Positions 19,749-28,514 of a stretch of 64,000 bases of DNA are shown piece after piece (the first letter of the stretch is position 1; every line of letters starts with the position of its first letter). The position numbers and the translations under genes are program-made. Under the pieces are notes generated by a model. The model was not told the origin of the DNA, did not search any database, and saw only the letters and a list, made by a program, of their open reading frames with translations. Source of the stretch: Bacteriovoracia bacterium (GTDB lineage: Bacteria; Bdellovibrionota; UBA1018; JBFWNL01); contig JBFWNL010000004.1 of NCBI GenBank assembly GCA_050251055.1, positions 192,001 to 256,000 of the forward strand. Reading direction: 5' to 3'.

Positions 19749-20609
19749 CTACTTCCTTAAAATTTCCAAGATCGACTTCCACTCTGCAGAAATGGATTCA
19801 GGAGAAGTGAGAAGGGCATTTTTCAGAGCATTTCGGGAGGGACAAGACTCAATCAGGTTGTCCGAATACAATGGAATGAAATTTTCTATGGCCTTTACGA
19901 CAGCCGAAAGGCTCTCTTTATAGAGAGCGAAGACTTGCGATACATCAACATGTTGTGTGGGATCTTCAAGCCAACTGTCATAGTCGGTCACAATAGCCAA
20001 AGTGCAGTACGCAAGTTGAGCCTCGCGGGCTAAGAAAACCTCTGGCACATTCGTCATTCCGACAAGATGCGCCCCTAAATTTTTTAACATATGGCTTTCA
20101 GCCTGAGTTCCAAGTCTTGGGCCCTCAACGCATGCATAAGTACCATTCCTATGAAAGCTCCTGCCTAAGTTTTCAACTCGCCCAACAGCAGTATGGAGCA
20201 GATCTTGCAGAATCTTTGAGATTGGTTGAGCAGTTGCCACATGGGCGGCAACACCTTTTCCAAAAAATGTAGTTTCTCGTCGTCCTTTGGTTAAATCCAA
20301 ATACTGATCGGGGAGAACAAAGTCTCCAGGCCTGAATTCTTTACAGAGACTTCCCACCGCTGATACCGAAAGGATCGCGGTGGCGCCTAAGTGTTTCAAT
20401 CCAAAAATATTGGCTCGATAATTGATTTCATGCGGAAGTAATTTATGGCCCGTTCCATGCCTAGAAAGAAATAGAACTTCTTTTTCGCCTAATCGTCCCC
20501 GAATAAAAACTCCTGAAGGATCACCAAATGGAGTTGAAAGAGGGAGTTCTTCATCTATCTGCAGGCCTGGAATTTGATAGAGGCCGGTGCCCCCGATAAT
20601 TCCAAGCAT
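19749..20609 (-). CDS. mtnP: 5'-methylthioadenosine (purine nucleoside) phosphorylase
   Basis: GIIGGTG, SRHG..H, INYRANI, EGPR..TQAES, VGMTNVPE, VTDYD. Confidence 0.92.
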   Translation of the reverse strand: MLGIIGGTGLYQIPGLQIDEELPLSTPFGDPSGVFIRGRLGEKEVLFLSRHGTGHKLLPHEINYRANIFGLKHLGATAILSVSAVGSLCKEFRPGDFVLPDQYLDLTKGRRETTFFGKGVAAHVATAQPISKILQDLLHTAVGRVENLGRSFHRNGTYACVEGPRLGTQAESHMLKNLGAHLVGMTNVPEVFLAREAQLAYCTLAIVTDYDSWLEDPTQHVDVSQVFALYKESLSAVVKAIENFIPLYSDNLIESCPSRNALKNALLTSPESISAEWKSILEILRK

Positions 20610-21655
20610 TAGCAGCACCCTCCTGGAGAAGTATTCTCAGAACTTTTCAGGACTGAACTAGGCAAACAATCAAAAAGACCGAAATGTTTCGATTGATCAC
20701 CGAGAATAGAAAAATATTCACCGTAGCGACTTTTTGAAAGCATATCCGCCGTATTGCTACAAACGAGCATCGGGCGATTTCGCTCAAAGGTATGATGATC
20801 ATCCAATATGAAAATTTCTTCGGAATGGGGAATTCCACCTTTATAAATAGCGGCCTGCCCATAATCTTCACATCGATCCTCAAGGTCCAATTTAAAAGCT
20901 CTGATCGTATTTGAATAAAATTCGGTGGCTCCTAATTTTGCCTCCGTTGTGGGATCAGATACTTTGATTTTTGATGAAGAAACGATCCGATAATCCCGAA
21001 TTCCGAGATTTAAGAGTAGCCTTCGAAAATCTTCGAAATAGAGCGCTCCACCCAAACACTCGCCAAGAAGAACCGGATCCTGAGAGAGTGTTTCCGGAAG
21101 ACGTCTAGAAGCGAAAACATCTGAAAAGTAAAGCTCGCCTCCAGGCTTTAGCACTCGAAAAATTTCGCGAAAGACCGACGCCTTGTCTGGAGAAAGATTA
21201 ATCACGCAATTGGAAACAATGATATCAATGGAATTGTCCTCGATGCCCACATCGCGAAGATTTTCGATAAAGCCTTTTTTAAATTCGACAGCTTCCTTCG
21301 GAAAACGAAAGCGATCGAGATGTGCGGGAAGTGCTCGCTTTGCAACGGCGAGTTGTTCATCAGTCATATCGATGCCGATCAGTCTGCTCTGAGATCCAGC
21401 AAGAGCAGATAGAAGAAAAACATCTCGACCCGAGCCGCAACCCAAATCCAATATTATTTTTCCTTTGAGCGCTAGTGGAATGGGCGATCCACATCCGTAG
21501 AATTTCTCAAGCACCTCTGCAGGAATCTGAGAGAGAATCTCTCTTTGATAAGCGGGAATAGATTCACTTAAACAACAAGCGTTGGTTTTGAGATCTTGAT
21601 TTGTTTTCAGAATTTTTCCGTAATATTCTTTGACCTGTTCTGTTGTTGTTTCCAT
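20609..21655 (-). CDS. arsM: arsenite SAM methyltransferase
   Basis: DLKTNACC, FYGCGSP, LDLGCGSGRD, SNCVINL, GECLGGALY, C-terminal CC. Confidence 0.9.
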   Translation of the reverse strand: METTTEQVKEYYGKILKTNQDLKTNACCLSESIPAYQREILSQIPAEVLEKFYGCGSPIPLALKGKIILDLGCGSGRDVFLLSALAGSQSRLIGIDMTDEQLAVAKRALPAHLDRFRFPKEAVEFKKGFIENLRDVGIEDNSIDIIVSNCVINLSPDKASVFREIFRVLKPGGELYFSDVFASRRLPETLSQDPVLLGECLGGALYFEDFRRLLLNLGIRDYRIVSSSKIKVSDPTTEAKLGATEFYSNTIRAFKLDLEDRCEDYGQAAIYKGGIPHSEEIFILDDHHTFERNRPMLVCSNTADMLSKSRYGEYFSILGDQSKHFGLFDCLPSSVLKSSENTSPGGCC

Positions 21656-22656
21656 TATCCATTTTCCTTTCCAGTGAGAGATCCGGTGCAAGAGCTGCCG
21701 CAACCTGCGGTACATCCGTAGCAGTGATCGTCAACGGCAATCGATGAGTCATTGAGATCCGAGAAGCTTTGAATATCCCAAATCGTTTTCATGTTTGTAA
21801 CGAGATGCGGAATATCGAGCATCTGGTTAAAATCACAATCGTAAATTCTACCGTCCCAGCTGACTGATACCAGGCTTCGACACATGATATTTTCGAGTGC
21901 CTGAGGATTAAAACTATTTCTCAGAAGTTCCAGATATTCGTTGAGTTTTCCTGAACGCCTGAGATCTTCTAAAAAGCGCTTGATGGGCATATTCGTAATC
22001 GTAAAAAGATTATCAAACTCGATGTCGAAATCTTCTTTCAATTCCTTTTTGTACTTCGTTTCGAGTTGCATCTGATCGGGAGGAAGAAATGTTCCCAGCG
22101 GATTGTAAACGAGACTCAGCTGCAACGAGCCCTTCCCATAACCTAGAGAATTGAGGCGTTTCAAGGCACGAATACTTTTATCAAAAACGCCGTTTCCGCG
22201 CTGTCGATCGACATTTTCACGCGAGTAACAAGGAAGCGAAGCAACGACATGCACTTTCAGTTTAGCTAAAAATTCCGCTGTCTCTTCCTGGCCTGGCTCA
22301 AAAAGAACAGTAAGATTGCATCGATCAATCACTTCAAGTCCTTGCCCCGAGGCAAACTGAACTAAATCTTTAAAATGGGGATTAAGCTCAGGCGCACCAC
22401 CCGTCATATCCACCGTCTCTAATTGCGGACTCTCCCTAATGAGCATCTTGATGCGTTCGACAGTTTTCGAATCCATATTTTCTCTGCGCTTGGTGGGTCC
22501 TGCTTCGACATGGCAGTGACGACACGCCTGATTACAAAGCTTTCCAAGATTGATTTGAAGAGTCATTACCTGCTCGCGCTTAGGCTCAAAACCAAGGTCC
22601 ATTAGTCGATCCTGAAAGGAGGATTGAGTTTTAATGGATTGTAAATCGATCATCAT
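21655..22656 (-). CDS. arsS: arsenosugar biosynthesis radical SAM protein
   Basis: QINLGKLCNQACRHCHV, DRCNLT, ASLPCY, ITNMPI, DCDFNQ, HCYGCTAGCGSSC (DUF3641 tail). Confidence 0.93.
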   Translation of the reverse strand: MMIDLQSIKTQSSFQDRLMDLGFEPKREQVMTLQINLGKLCNQACRHCHVEAGPTKRRENMDSKTVERIKMLIRESPQLETVDMTGGAPELNPHFKDLVQFASGQGLEVIDRCNLTVLFEPGQEETAEFLAKLKVHVVASLPCYSRENVDRQRGNGVFDKSIRALKRLNSLGYGKGSLQLSLVYNPLGTFLPPDQMQLETKYKKELKEDFDIEFDNLFTITNMPIKRFLEDLRRSGKLNEYLELLRNSFNPQALENIMCRSLVSVSWDGRIYDCDFNQMLDIPHLVTNMKTIWDIQSFSDLNDSSIAVDDHCYGCTAGCGSSCTGSLTGKENG

Positions 22657-23056
22657 GATCCCTCATACTATAGAGCACATAACATGCGGCCAGCATCGGC
22701 CAGGCAGCGAAGAAAAGCAGATTTGGATTCTGCCACGGATTTAAATATTGTTTGAATGATGAGACGGTCGAAACAAAATGAATGAGAAAGACCAGTCCGT
22801 AGGTGAATCGCTTTTGGAAGCCCACGAGAAAGGCAAGAATCAAAACCAATTCCAGAGCGCCAATGAGCCACATTGCCAGGTCCTCAAAACCGGACAGAAA
22901 ATAGAAATTCTCAAAAACTGCTTTCGCGTGAGACGGATTCACGAACTTATCGAGCGTCCACATGAACATCACTACGAACACGCCAACTCTTAGCGTGAAC
23001 AGTCCCAGGGATAGCTTTTTCTTAAGTTCAAAATCGGAATTCATCCTCTCCTCCAT
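22631..23056 (-). CDS. DoxX-like membrane protein
   Basis: LRVGVFVVMFMWTLDKF, LLFFAAWPML; four TM helices. Confidence 0.75.
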   Translation of the reverse strand: MEERMNSDFELKKKLSLGLFTLRVGVFVVMFMWTLDKFVNPSHAKAVFENFYFLSGFEDLAMWLIGALELVLILAFLVGFQKRFTYGLVFLIHFVSTVSSFKQYLNPWQNPNLLFFAAWPMLAACYVLYSMRDHDDRFTIH

Positions 23057-25209
23057 TCATGAAATTTTTTCACCCAATTTAAAATTCTTTCGGGTTTGTG
23101 CGCCTGTTTCCAAAGTCCGGCAGCGTATTTATTGGCCTCAGGAAACGTCGGATAAATATGAATCGTTCCCAGAATTTTGTTGAGTCCGAGCCCATGCTTC
23201 ATGGCCAAAATAAACTCGGTGATCATATCACCGGCATGTGTTCCTACGATCGTAGCTCCTAGGATTTTATCAGAACCTTTTTTTGTGATGACTTTCACAA
23301 ACCCTTCATCTTCGGAATCAGCCATGGCACGATCGAGATCATCGAGACCATAGTGAGTCACTTCAAATTCAATTTTTTGTTCTTCGGCCTCTTGTTCATT
23401 AAGACCCACACGAGCGACTTCGGGCTCCGTAAATGTGCACCAGGGAATCACCCGATAGTCGGCTTTAAATTTCTTCAATGGCTGTAGAAGACCGTTGACC
23501 GCCGCGTACCAAGCTTGATGAGCAGCGGTATGAGTAAACTGATAGGGACCCGCTACATCACCGCAGACTAAAATATTTGGATATTTTGTTCTTAGGTACG
23601 CATCATGCTCAATGGTTCCCTTGGAGCTAAGATCAATACCCAGCTCTTCGAGTCCAAAGCCCTTAGTATTAGGAGATCGACCCAAAGCTAAAATCACTTG
23701 ATCAAAATCAAGCTCAGTAGGCCCGTTTGGCCCTTCACATTTCAATGTCCTTTTTTCATCGGGCGCTTTCAAAAATTCAAGAGCTTTATGACGGACTAAA
23801 ACGTGCATTCCCTCAGACCGAAAGACTTTTTCGATATTTTCTGACACATCAATATCTTCTCGAATCAAAAGGCGAGGCGCCATTTCAACCAACGTCACTT
23901 GAGAGCCGAGTCTTTGAAAGGCTTGAGCGAGTTCGCATCCAATGGGCCCACCTCCCAATACAAGCAAACGCTCGGGCAACTTTCGAAGCGACCAAACTGT
24001 ATCGCTGGTCAAATAGGAAATACGATCAAGTCCCAGAATTTTAGGAACTAGAGGGCGCGCCCCCGTGGCAATCACAATTGTCTTTGTCGTGAGCACACGA
24101 TCACCGACTTGAACTTCAAAAGGACTTTTGATTTTGGCCTCACCCTGGATACATTCGACACCGAGTTTCGAATAGCGCTCGACAGAATCGTGAGGTTCCA
24201 CCTTTTGAATAATCTTATGAACGCGATCCATAACTTCTTCAAAATGAACTCCCTTTGATTCCGCCTCAATTCCATAATGGCGAGCTTTTGAAAGAAGATG
24301 CTGAACCTTAGCACTTTTAATGAGCGACTTACTGGGAACGCATCCCGTGTTCAGACAATCTCCGCCCATGCGATGTTTCTCAATGAGCGCTACTTTTGCC
24401 TTAAGTGCGGCTCCAATATAGGCCGTCACAAGACCCGCAGATCCCGCACCTATGACAATGAGATTGTAATCAAATTTCTTGGGTCGCTTTGTCTTTCCAT
24501 AGATACGTCTCGATTTAAAAAATTCTAAAAGCCTCTTTGAAATCAACGGCAAAATTCCAAGAATCGCAAAGGCGATAAGAACCGAGGGGCTTAGGATCCC
24601 TGAAAGAGACTCGATTTCAGAGAGTTCCGTTCCCGCATTTATATAGGCAATAGTGCCAGGAAGCATGCCGAGCTGACTTACCCAATAGAAGTTCCACGCA
24701 CGGATAGGCGTCAGCCCCATGAGAAGATTCACAAGAAAAAAAGGGAAAAGAGGAACCAATCGAAGAGAAAATAAATAAAAGGTTCCTTCTTTTTTAAAAC
24801 CCTCCTCAAGGGTCTTTAATCTTTCTTTGAATTTACTTTGAATCCAATCTCTTAAAAAAAATCTGGAAAGAAGAAAAGCAAGAGTCGCGCCGATGGTACT
24901 TGCAAAAGATACAAGAATCACTCCTTCCACGAGACCAAAGATAAATCCTGCGGCCAGAGTCAGGACGGCTGCCCCGGGCAGAGAAAATGCTGTTGTCAAA
25001 ACATAAATGAAAAAAAAGACCGTCCGAAAAACAAAGGGGCTTTGATCCATTTGGGTCTTAAGCCAGGACTGATTTGATTTTAAAGATTCGAGATTGAGCC
25101 GAGAGAGCCAGCCCTGCTGATAAGCAATTCCAACGGCAGCAACCAAAAAAATAAAAATACCAATTTTAATGAGCCGATTACGATTTCCTTTACGATTATT
25201 TGCTATCAT
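23041..25209 (-). CDS. VTT/DedA (SNARE-associated) domain fused to a pyridine nucleotide-disulfide oxidoreductase
   Basis: N-terminal SLPGAAVLTL and LRLVPLFPFFLVN; GAGSAG, GGDCLNTGCVPSK, GGGPIG, HIYPT. Confidence 0.92.
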   Translation of the reverse strand: MIANNRKGNRNRLIKIGIFIFLVAAVGIAYQQGWLSRLNLESLKSNQSWLKTQMDQSPFVFRTVFFFIYVLTTAFSLPGAAVLTLAAGFIFGLVEGVILVSFASTIGATLAFLLSRFFLRDWIQSKFKERLKTLEEGFKKEGTFYLFSLRLVPLFPFFLVNLLMGLTPIRAWNFYWVSQLGMLPGTIAYINAGTELSEIESLSGILSPSVLIAFAILGILPLISKRLLEFFKSRRIYGKTKRPKKFDYNLIVIGAGSAGLVTAYIGAALKAKVALIEKHRMGGDCLNTGCVPSKSLIKSAKVQHLLSKARHYGIEAESKGVHFEEVMDRVHKIIQKVEPHDSVERYSKLGVECIQGEAKIKSPFEVQVGDRVLTTKTIVIATGARPLVPKILGLDRISYLTSDTVWSLRKLPERLLVLGGGPIGCELAQAFQRLGSQVTLVEMAPRLLIREDIDVSENIEKVFRSEGMHVLVRHKALEFLKAPDEKRTLKCEGPNGPTELDFDQVILALGRSPNTKGFGLEELGIDLSSKGTIEHDAYLRTKYPNILVCGDVAGPYQFTHTAAHQAWYAAVNGLLQPLKKFKADYRVIPWCTFTEPEVARVGLNEQEAEEQKIEFEVTHYGLDDLDRAMADSEDEGFVKVITKKGSDKILGATIVGTHAGDMITEFILAMKHGLGLNKILGTIHIYPTFPEANKYAAGLWKQAHKPERILNWVKKFHEWRRG

Positions 25210-25966
25210 TCAAGTTCCAATCGTATTTAAGAAATTGAATCGAAGCATGCTTTGCTTTTTCGATTTCGACGGTTTTCAATGTCATACGAGGAATAACAAA
25301 GTCACGGATAGCCTGTTCATCGGGCCCAAAATCTTTTCCGTACCATTTGAAGAGGCTCGAAAGATAAAGCACGGGGGATGCGCCCCCTTCATAACGATTT
25401 CGGGATCTGTCGTTGAGAAAAGCTTTAGCTGCATTCTCTAATTGAGCGTTCAGTCGAGCGGCCACATAGGGCTCCGAAGCGAGGTTTGGGCAACCGATTG
25501 AAGCGCAAACAAGTGCGAAATGAATACGCGGTTCCTTGTATTTCGGTCGAATCAGATCGTGTTCGATATGGTCGAGATGAGTTTCAGCTCCAAAAAGCAA
25601 AAAGAATTTTTTCTTCCATGGCGAGGAAAATAATCCACCAATGTCTTTGATAGATTTCACGGGATAATTATCCGTCACGAGCTTTAGTGTGAACGCATTG
25701 TAAGCATTAATCAGAAAAGCAAGTTGTTCGTTTTTTGACCATTTATCAAATTCGGATTCTTTTACCGAAGAGAGTGCGCCAAGGTAATTCAGGAGCTTTT
25801 CTGGATTTCTCTTGAGGTGACTATAATTCACGACTGAAGATGCGTTTCGCCCGCTCACATGCTCTTTGAGAATTTCATGGAAGAGCTCGTGAGAGTGATC
25901 AAAGGCGAAGGCTTCAGCGGAAAGTACAAAGATCATCAGAAATAGGCCCACAAGACAGCATCTCAT
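25196..25966 (-). CDS. DUF547 domain exported protein
   Basis: LAFLINAYNA, IEHDLIR, RIHFALVCASIGCP, FKWY..DF, YDWNLND. Confidence 0.9.
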   Translation of the reverse strand: MRCCLVGLFLMIFVLSAEAFAFDHSHELFHEILKEHVSGRNASSVVNYSHLKRNPEKLLNYLGALSSVKESEFDKWSKNEQLAFLINAYNAFTLKLVTDNYPVKSIKDIGGLFSSPWKKKFFLLFGAETHLDHIEHDLIRPKYKEPRIHFALVCASIGCPNLASEPYVAARLNAQLENAAKAFLNDRSRNRYEGGASPVLYLSSLFKWYGKDFGPDEQAIRDFVIPRMTLKTVEIEKAKHASIQFLKYDWNLNDSK

Positions 25967-25967
25967 A

Positions 25968-25985
25968 ATGTTTATATATAAACAT
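25968..25985. promoter_or_regulatory. 18-bp perfect palindromic operator, copy 3, over the promoter of the DUF547-arsS-arsM operon
   Basis: ATGTTTATATATAAACAT directly upstream of the start codon at 25966; TTGAAA -35-like hexamer upstream on the minus strand. Confidence 0.75.
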
Positions 25986-26030
25986 ATGCGGCGGACTCTT
26001 TCAAGAATCCGCCGGCTAACGCCTCGCTTT

Positions 26031-26501
26031 TTATAATTTATTCAGAGGATGTCCGTCCGCGAGATGAAGGAGCGATTTCAGCACAGCAGCGGGCATTTTT
26101 GGCACAAGTTTACGCACACGTTCAATATGCCGAGGAAAGACAGCCTCAAAGGTTTTTTCGGCGCGAGGCGTAAGTCGATAAAGAGGACGTTGCATGCTGG
26201 GACTCGTTGGACACATCATAATCTGACCATCTTTTTCAAGGCGCCGAAGGAACATCGAAATGTTGCCTCGCGTCACAAGAAGATGTCTAGCGAGTTCAGC
26301 CGCTGACATCGCGCCTTGAAAATACAAATAGAAAAAAATTTGAAATCGAGAAACATGAAATCCTTCGCTCATGAGCCCCTTTTCAAGCGTAGAAAAGACA
26401 CCTTGAAAGGCCGTCATAATCGCTCGCCATGATCGCACACTCGGATCATCGAGTAGTTTTTTCATGGCTCGATACTGACGCGGTTTTTTCTCTGTTTTCA
26501 C
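26031..26501 (-). CDS. MarR family transcriptional regulator
   Basis: AELARHLLVTRGNISMFLRRLEKDG winged helix, YRLT. Confidence 0.88.
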   Translation of the reverse strand: MKTEKKPRQYRAMKKLLDDPSVRSWRAIMTAFQGVFSTLEKGLMSEGFHVSRFQIFFYLYFQGAMSAAELARHLLVTRGNISMFLRRLEKDGQIMMCPTSPSMQRPLYRLTPRAEKTFEAVFPRHIERVRKLVPKMPAAVLKSLLHLADGHPLNKL

Positions 26502-26580
26502 TTAAGTGACACTATACCAAACTCTCCTAAGGAGATGGAATAGTGCACTTGGAAAATTAAAAAATGCACGAACTTCAAGT

Positions 26581-26598
26581 ATGTTTACATATAAACCA
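26581..26598. promoter_or_regulatory. 18-bp palindromic operator, copy 4, upstream of marR (autoregulation)
   Basis: ATGTTTACATATAAACCA, 80 bp upstream of the marR start. Confidence 0.65.
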
Positions 26599-26631
26599 GC
26601 GTCGAGTCCTGGGCCCAGATCTAAGACGCAC

Positions 26632-26904
26632 TCAGGATTTTCCCACACCGGCTGCACGAAGGGCCTGCTCCGTCACCGATCCAGCTCGACAACAGTCCAA
26701 CAATTTTCCGTCAACCACAACGGCGGGAACGCGGGTGACCCCATACTGTTTCGCCAGGTCTCGACATTCGTTGGTTGTACAGTCAGCATTCAAATCGTAG
26801 ATAACCACATCACAAGAGGGGCATGCTGTCTTTTTCACGAGGTCAATGATAGGTTCACAAACAGGGCATCCAGAGGTGAAGACTTCAATTTTTCTTTTTG
26901 TCAT
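26632..26904 (-). CDS. small thioredoxin/glutaredoxin-fold protein (CPVC, CC)
   Basis: IEVFTSGCPVC, YGVTRVPAVVVDGKLLDCC. Confidence 0.85.
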   Translation of the reverse strand: MTKRKIEVFTSGCPVCEPIIDLVKKTACPSCDVVIYDLNADCTTNECRDLAKQYGVTRVPAVVVDGKLLDCCRAGSVTEQALRAAGVGKS

Positions 26905-26925
26905 AATTGGGTCCTTTCTAATCTT

Positions 26926-26957
26926 ATCCTTCAGTCTATACCTAGGTATAAGGTCAA
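26926..26957 (-). promoter_or_regulatory. MerR-type promoter/operator for the thioredoxin gene
   Basis: TTGACC -35 followed by the dyad TATACCTAGGTATA (26937-26950) in an elongated spacer. Confidence 0.7.
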
Positions 26958-26992
26958 GGCGGGTTTAAATTTCAGCACTTTAGCGCTCAATC

Positions 26993-27024
26993 TTGACTCT
27001 ATACCTAGGTATAGGGTGTATGAT
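26993..27024 (+). promoter_or_regulatory. MerR-type promoter/operator for the merR operon
   Basis: TTGACT-N20-TATGAT with the perfect 16-bp dyad CTATACCTAGGTATAG (26999-27014) in the spacer. Confidence 0.85.
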
Positions 27025-27033
27025 GTTTTAAGT

Positions 27034-27456
27034 ATGGGTTCGCCGAAAAAGTCTGAGTATTCGATTGGGCAGCTTGCCAAGATGGCACACGTTAATGTTC
27101 AAACAATTCGCTTCTATGAACGTCGAGGTATTCTCAGGCCAACGACAAGGCAGGATTCGGGTTACCGAGTCTACGATACCGAAAGCCTCAAACGACTTCA
27201 CTTTATTCGGCAAGCGAAAGACCTGGGATTCAGCCTGAAAGAAATTCAAAGTCTCCTGAATTTAAGGGTCCGTTCCGTTGGACGTTGCGATCAGGTCAGA
27301 GCCAAAGCCGAACACAAGCTGAAAGACATTCAACAGAAGATCGCTCATTTGAAAACGTTGGAGCGCACGCTGAAGCGTCTTATTTCTGATTGCGAAAATC
27401 GCGTCGTTTCGGACTGCTGTCCGATCGTAACTCGAATGGAGGTAGGAAATGTCTAA
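27034..27456 (+). CDS. MerR family heavy-metal-responsive regulator
   Basis: SIGQLAKMAHVNVQTIRFYERRG, GYRVY, FIRQAKDLGFSLKEI, Cys sites C..C...CCP; true start ATG 27034, not 26506. Confidence 0.92.
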   Translation: MGSPKKSEYSIGQLAKMAHVNVQTIRFYERRGILRPTTRQDSGYRVYDTESLKRLHFIRQAKDLGFSLKEIQSLLNLRVRSVGRCDQVRAKAEHKLKDIQQKIAHLKTLERTLKRLISDCENRVVSDCCPIVTRMEVGNV

Positions 27457-28144
27457 ACTTAAACTGCTTTATTTTGAGGGCTGTCCCAACGCGGAAGGAA
27501 TACGAAAGATTTTAGTGAATTCGGGGCATGAATTCGAGGAGATCAGGCAAGATGACCTCAGCTCTCAGGACCCGCTGAAGCAGTATTCTTCCCCGACTCT
27601 TCTTAAGGGGAATGATCTAATTTTCGGAACGCCAACCGGGGCCGCAGGGGGCTGTTCATTACAGATCCCCTTAGCTAAAGAACTTTTAGCCAAAATCGAG
27701 AAATCGCGATTGGACTCGCCCACAAAAGGAACCAATCTCGTTACGTCTTCCGGTTCGCTGGGCTCGATCCTAACGGTGATCTTGTGTCCGGTCTGTAAAC
27801 CAGCGATAGCTCTTTTATTAAGCTCTCTTGGGTTGGGTTTCGTCATTCAAGAGGCCGCCTTACAAAAAATACTCATTGTCTTTCTCTCGCTCATGATACT
27901 TGGCTTGCTGTGGTCTTACTGGAAGATCCACAAAAACTTTGCGCCGGTTCTTGTTGGATTTCTCATGGCTGTTGGACTTTATATAAGTCGTTATATGTAT
28001 TTTGGAGATGCGATTAATACTGTCCTTATGTACGGAAGTATCGGGGGTCTTGTTGCAGTGAGTATTTGGAATTTATTTCTCAAACGACCGGTCTCCTGCG
28101 AGACTTGTGTCGTCGCCAATCGGGAAAGGAGATCAAAGCTGTGA
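27449..28144 (+). CDS. thioredoxin-like domain fused to a MerC/MerT-like membrane transporter
   Basis: LYFEGCPN...SPTLL N-domain; TM CPVC motif and C-terminal CETC. Confidence 0.7.
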   Translation: MSKLKLLYFEGCPNAEGIRKILVNSGHEFEEIRQDDLSSQDPLKQYSSPTLLKGNDLIFGTPTGAAGGCSLQIPLAKELLAKIEKSRLDSPTKGTNLVTSSGSLGSILTVILCPVCKPAIALLLSSLGLGFVIQEAALQKILIVFLSLMILGLLWSYWKIHKNFAPVLVGFLMAVGLYISRYMYFGDAINTVLMYGSIGGLVAVSIWNLFLKRPVSCETCVVANRERRSKL

Positions 28145-28428
28145 GATGCATTCTTGCTTCACTTTTACTCATTTTTAGTCTTTCGGTTCCGGCCGCATTC
28201 GCTGGACCGACCACAACCATAATCGTAGACGGAATGACCTGTGCCTCCTGTGCGCGATCTATCGAGCGCCAGTTTAAAAAATTTCCTGAAGTGGAATCTG
28301 TCGATATCTCTATCAGATCCGGCGAGGTGACCCTCAAATATACTGATAGCAAAGTGCTCACTCCCGAACAGATCAAACGAGCGGTTCAAGATGCCGGCTA
28401 TTCGGTCAAAGCGATAGAAAGTCACTGA
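28141..28428 (+). CDS. periplasmic HMA (MerP/CopZ-like) metal-binding protein
   Basis: GTG start overlapping the upstream stop; signal peptide; GMTCASC; AVQDAGY. Confidence 0.88.
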   Translation: MRCILASLLLIFSLSVPAAFAGPTTTIIVDGMTCASCARSIERQFKKFPEVESVDISIRSGEVTLKYTDSKVLTPEQIKRAVQDAGYSVKAIESH

Positions 28429-28514
28429 TGATAGTCAGTAAAAAGCTAGTTCGGCCGCTCTTGTTTCATCGATTCTCTTCTTAGTCTTTGGCTTCTTCTA
28501 GAAAATTAACGACC

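Noticed and set aside
21655-22656. Selenocysteine recoding in ArsS
   Set aside because: The ORF is uninterrupted, with Cys at the motif positions and no in-frame TGA
23041-25209. Calling the flavoprotein a mercuric reductase (merA) for the nearby MerR module
   Set aside because: No C-terminal Cys-Cys pair, and it has a VTT-domain fusion typical of arsS-associated clusters
25989-26013. GGCGGA...TCCGCC hairpin as an intrinsic terminator
   Set aside because: No clear adjacent U-tract, and it overlaps the predicted -35 region of the DUF547 operon; function unresolved
26506-27033. Long N-terminal extension of the 316-aa MerR ORF
   Set aside because: Overlaps the thioredoxin gene and both MerR operators; the MerR domain starts at ATG 27034
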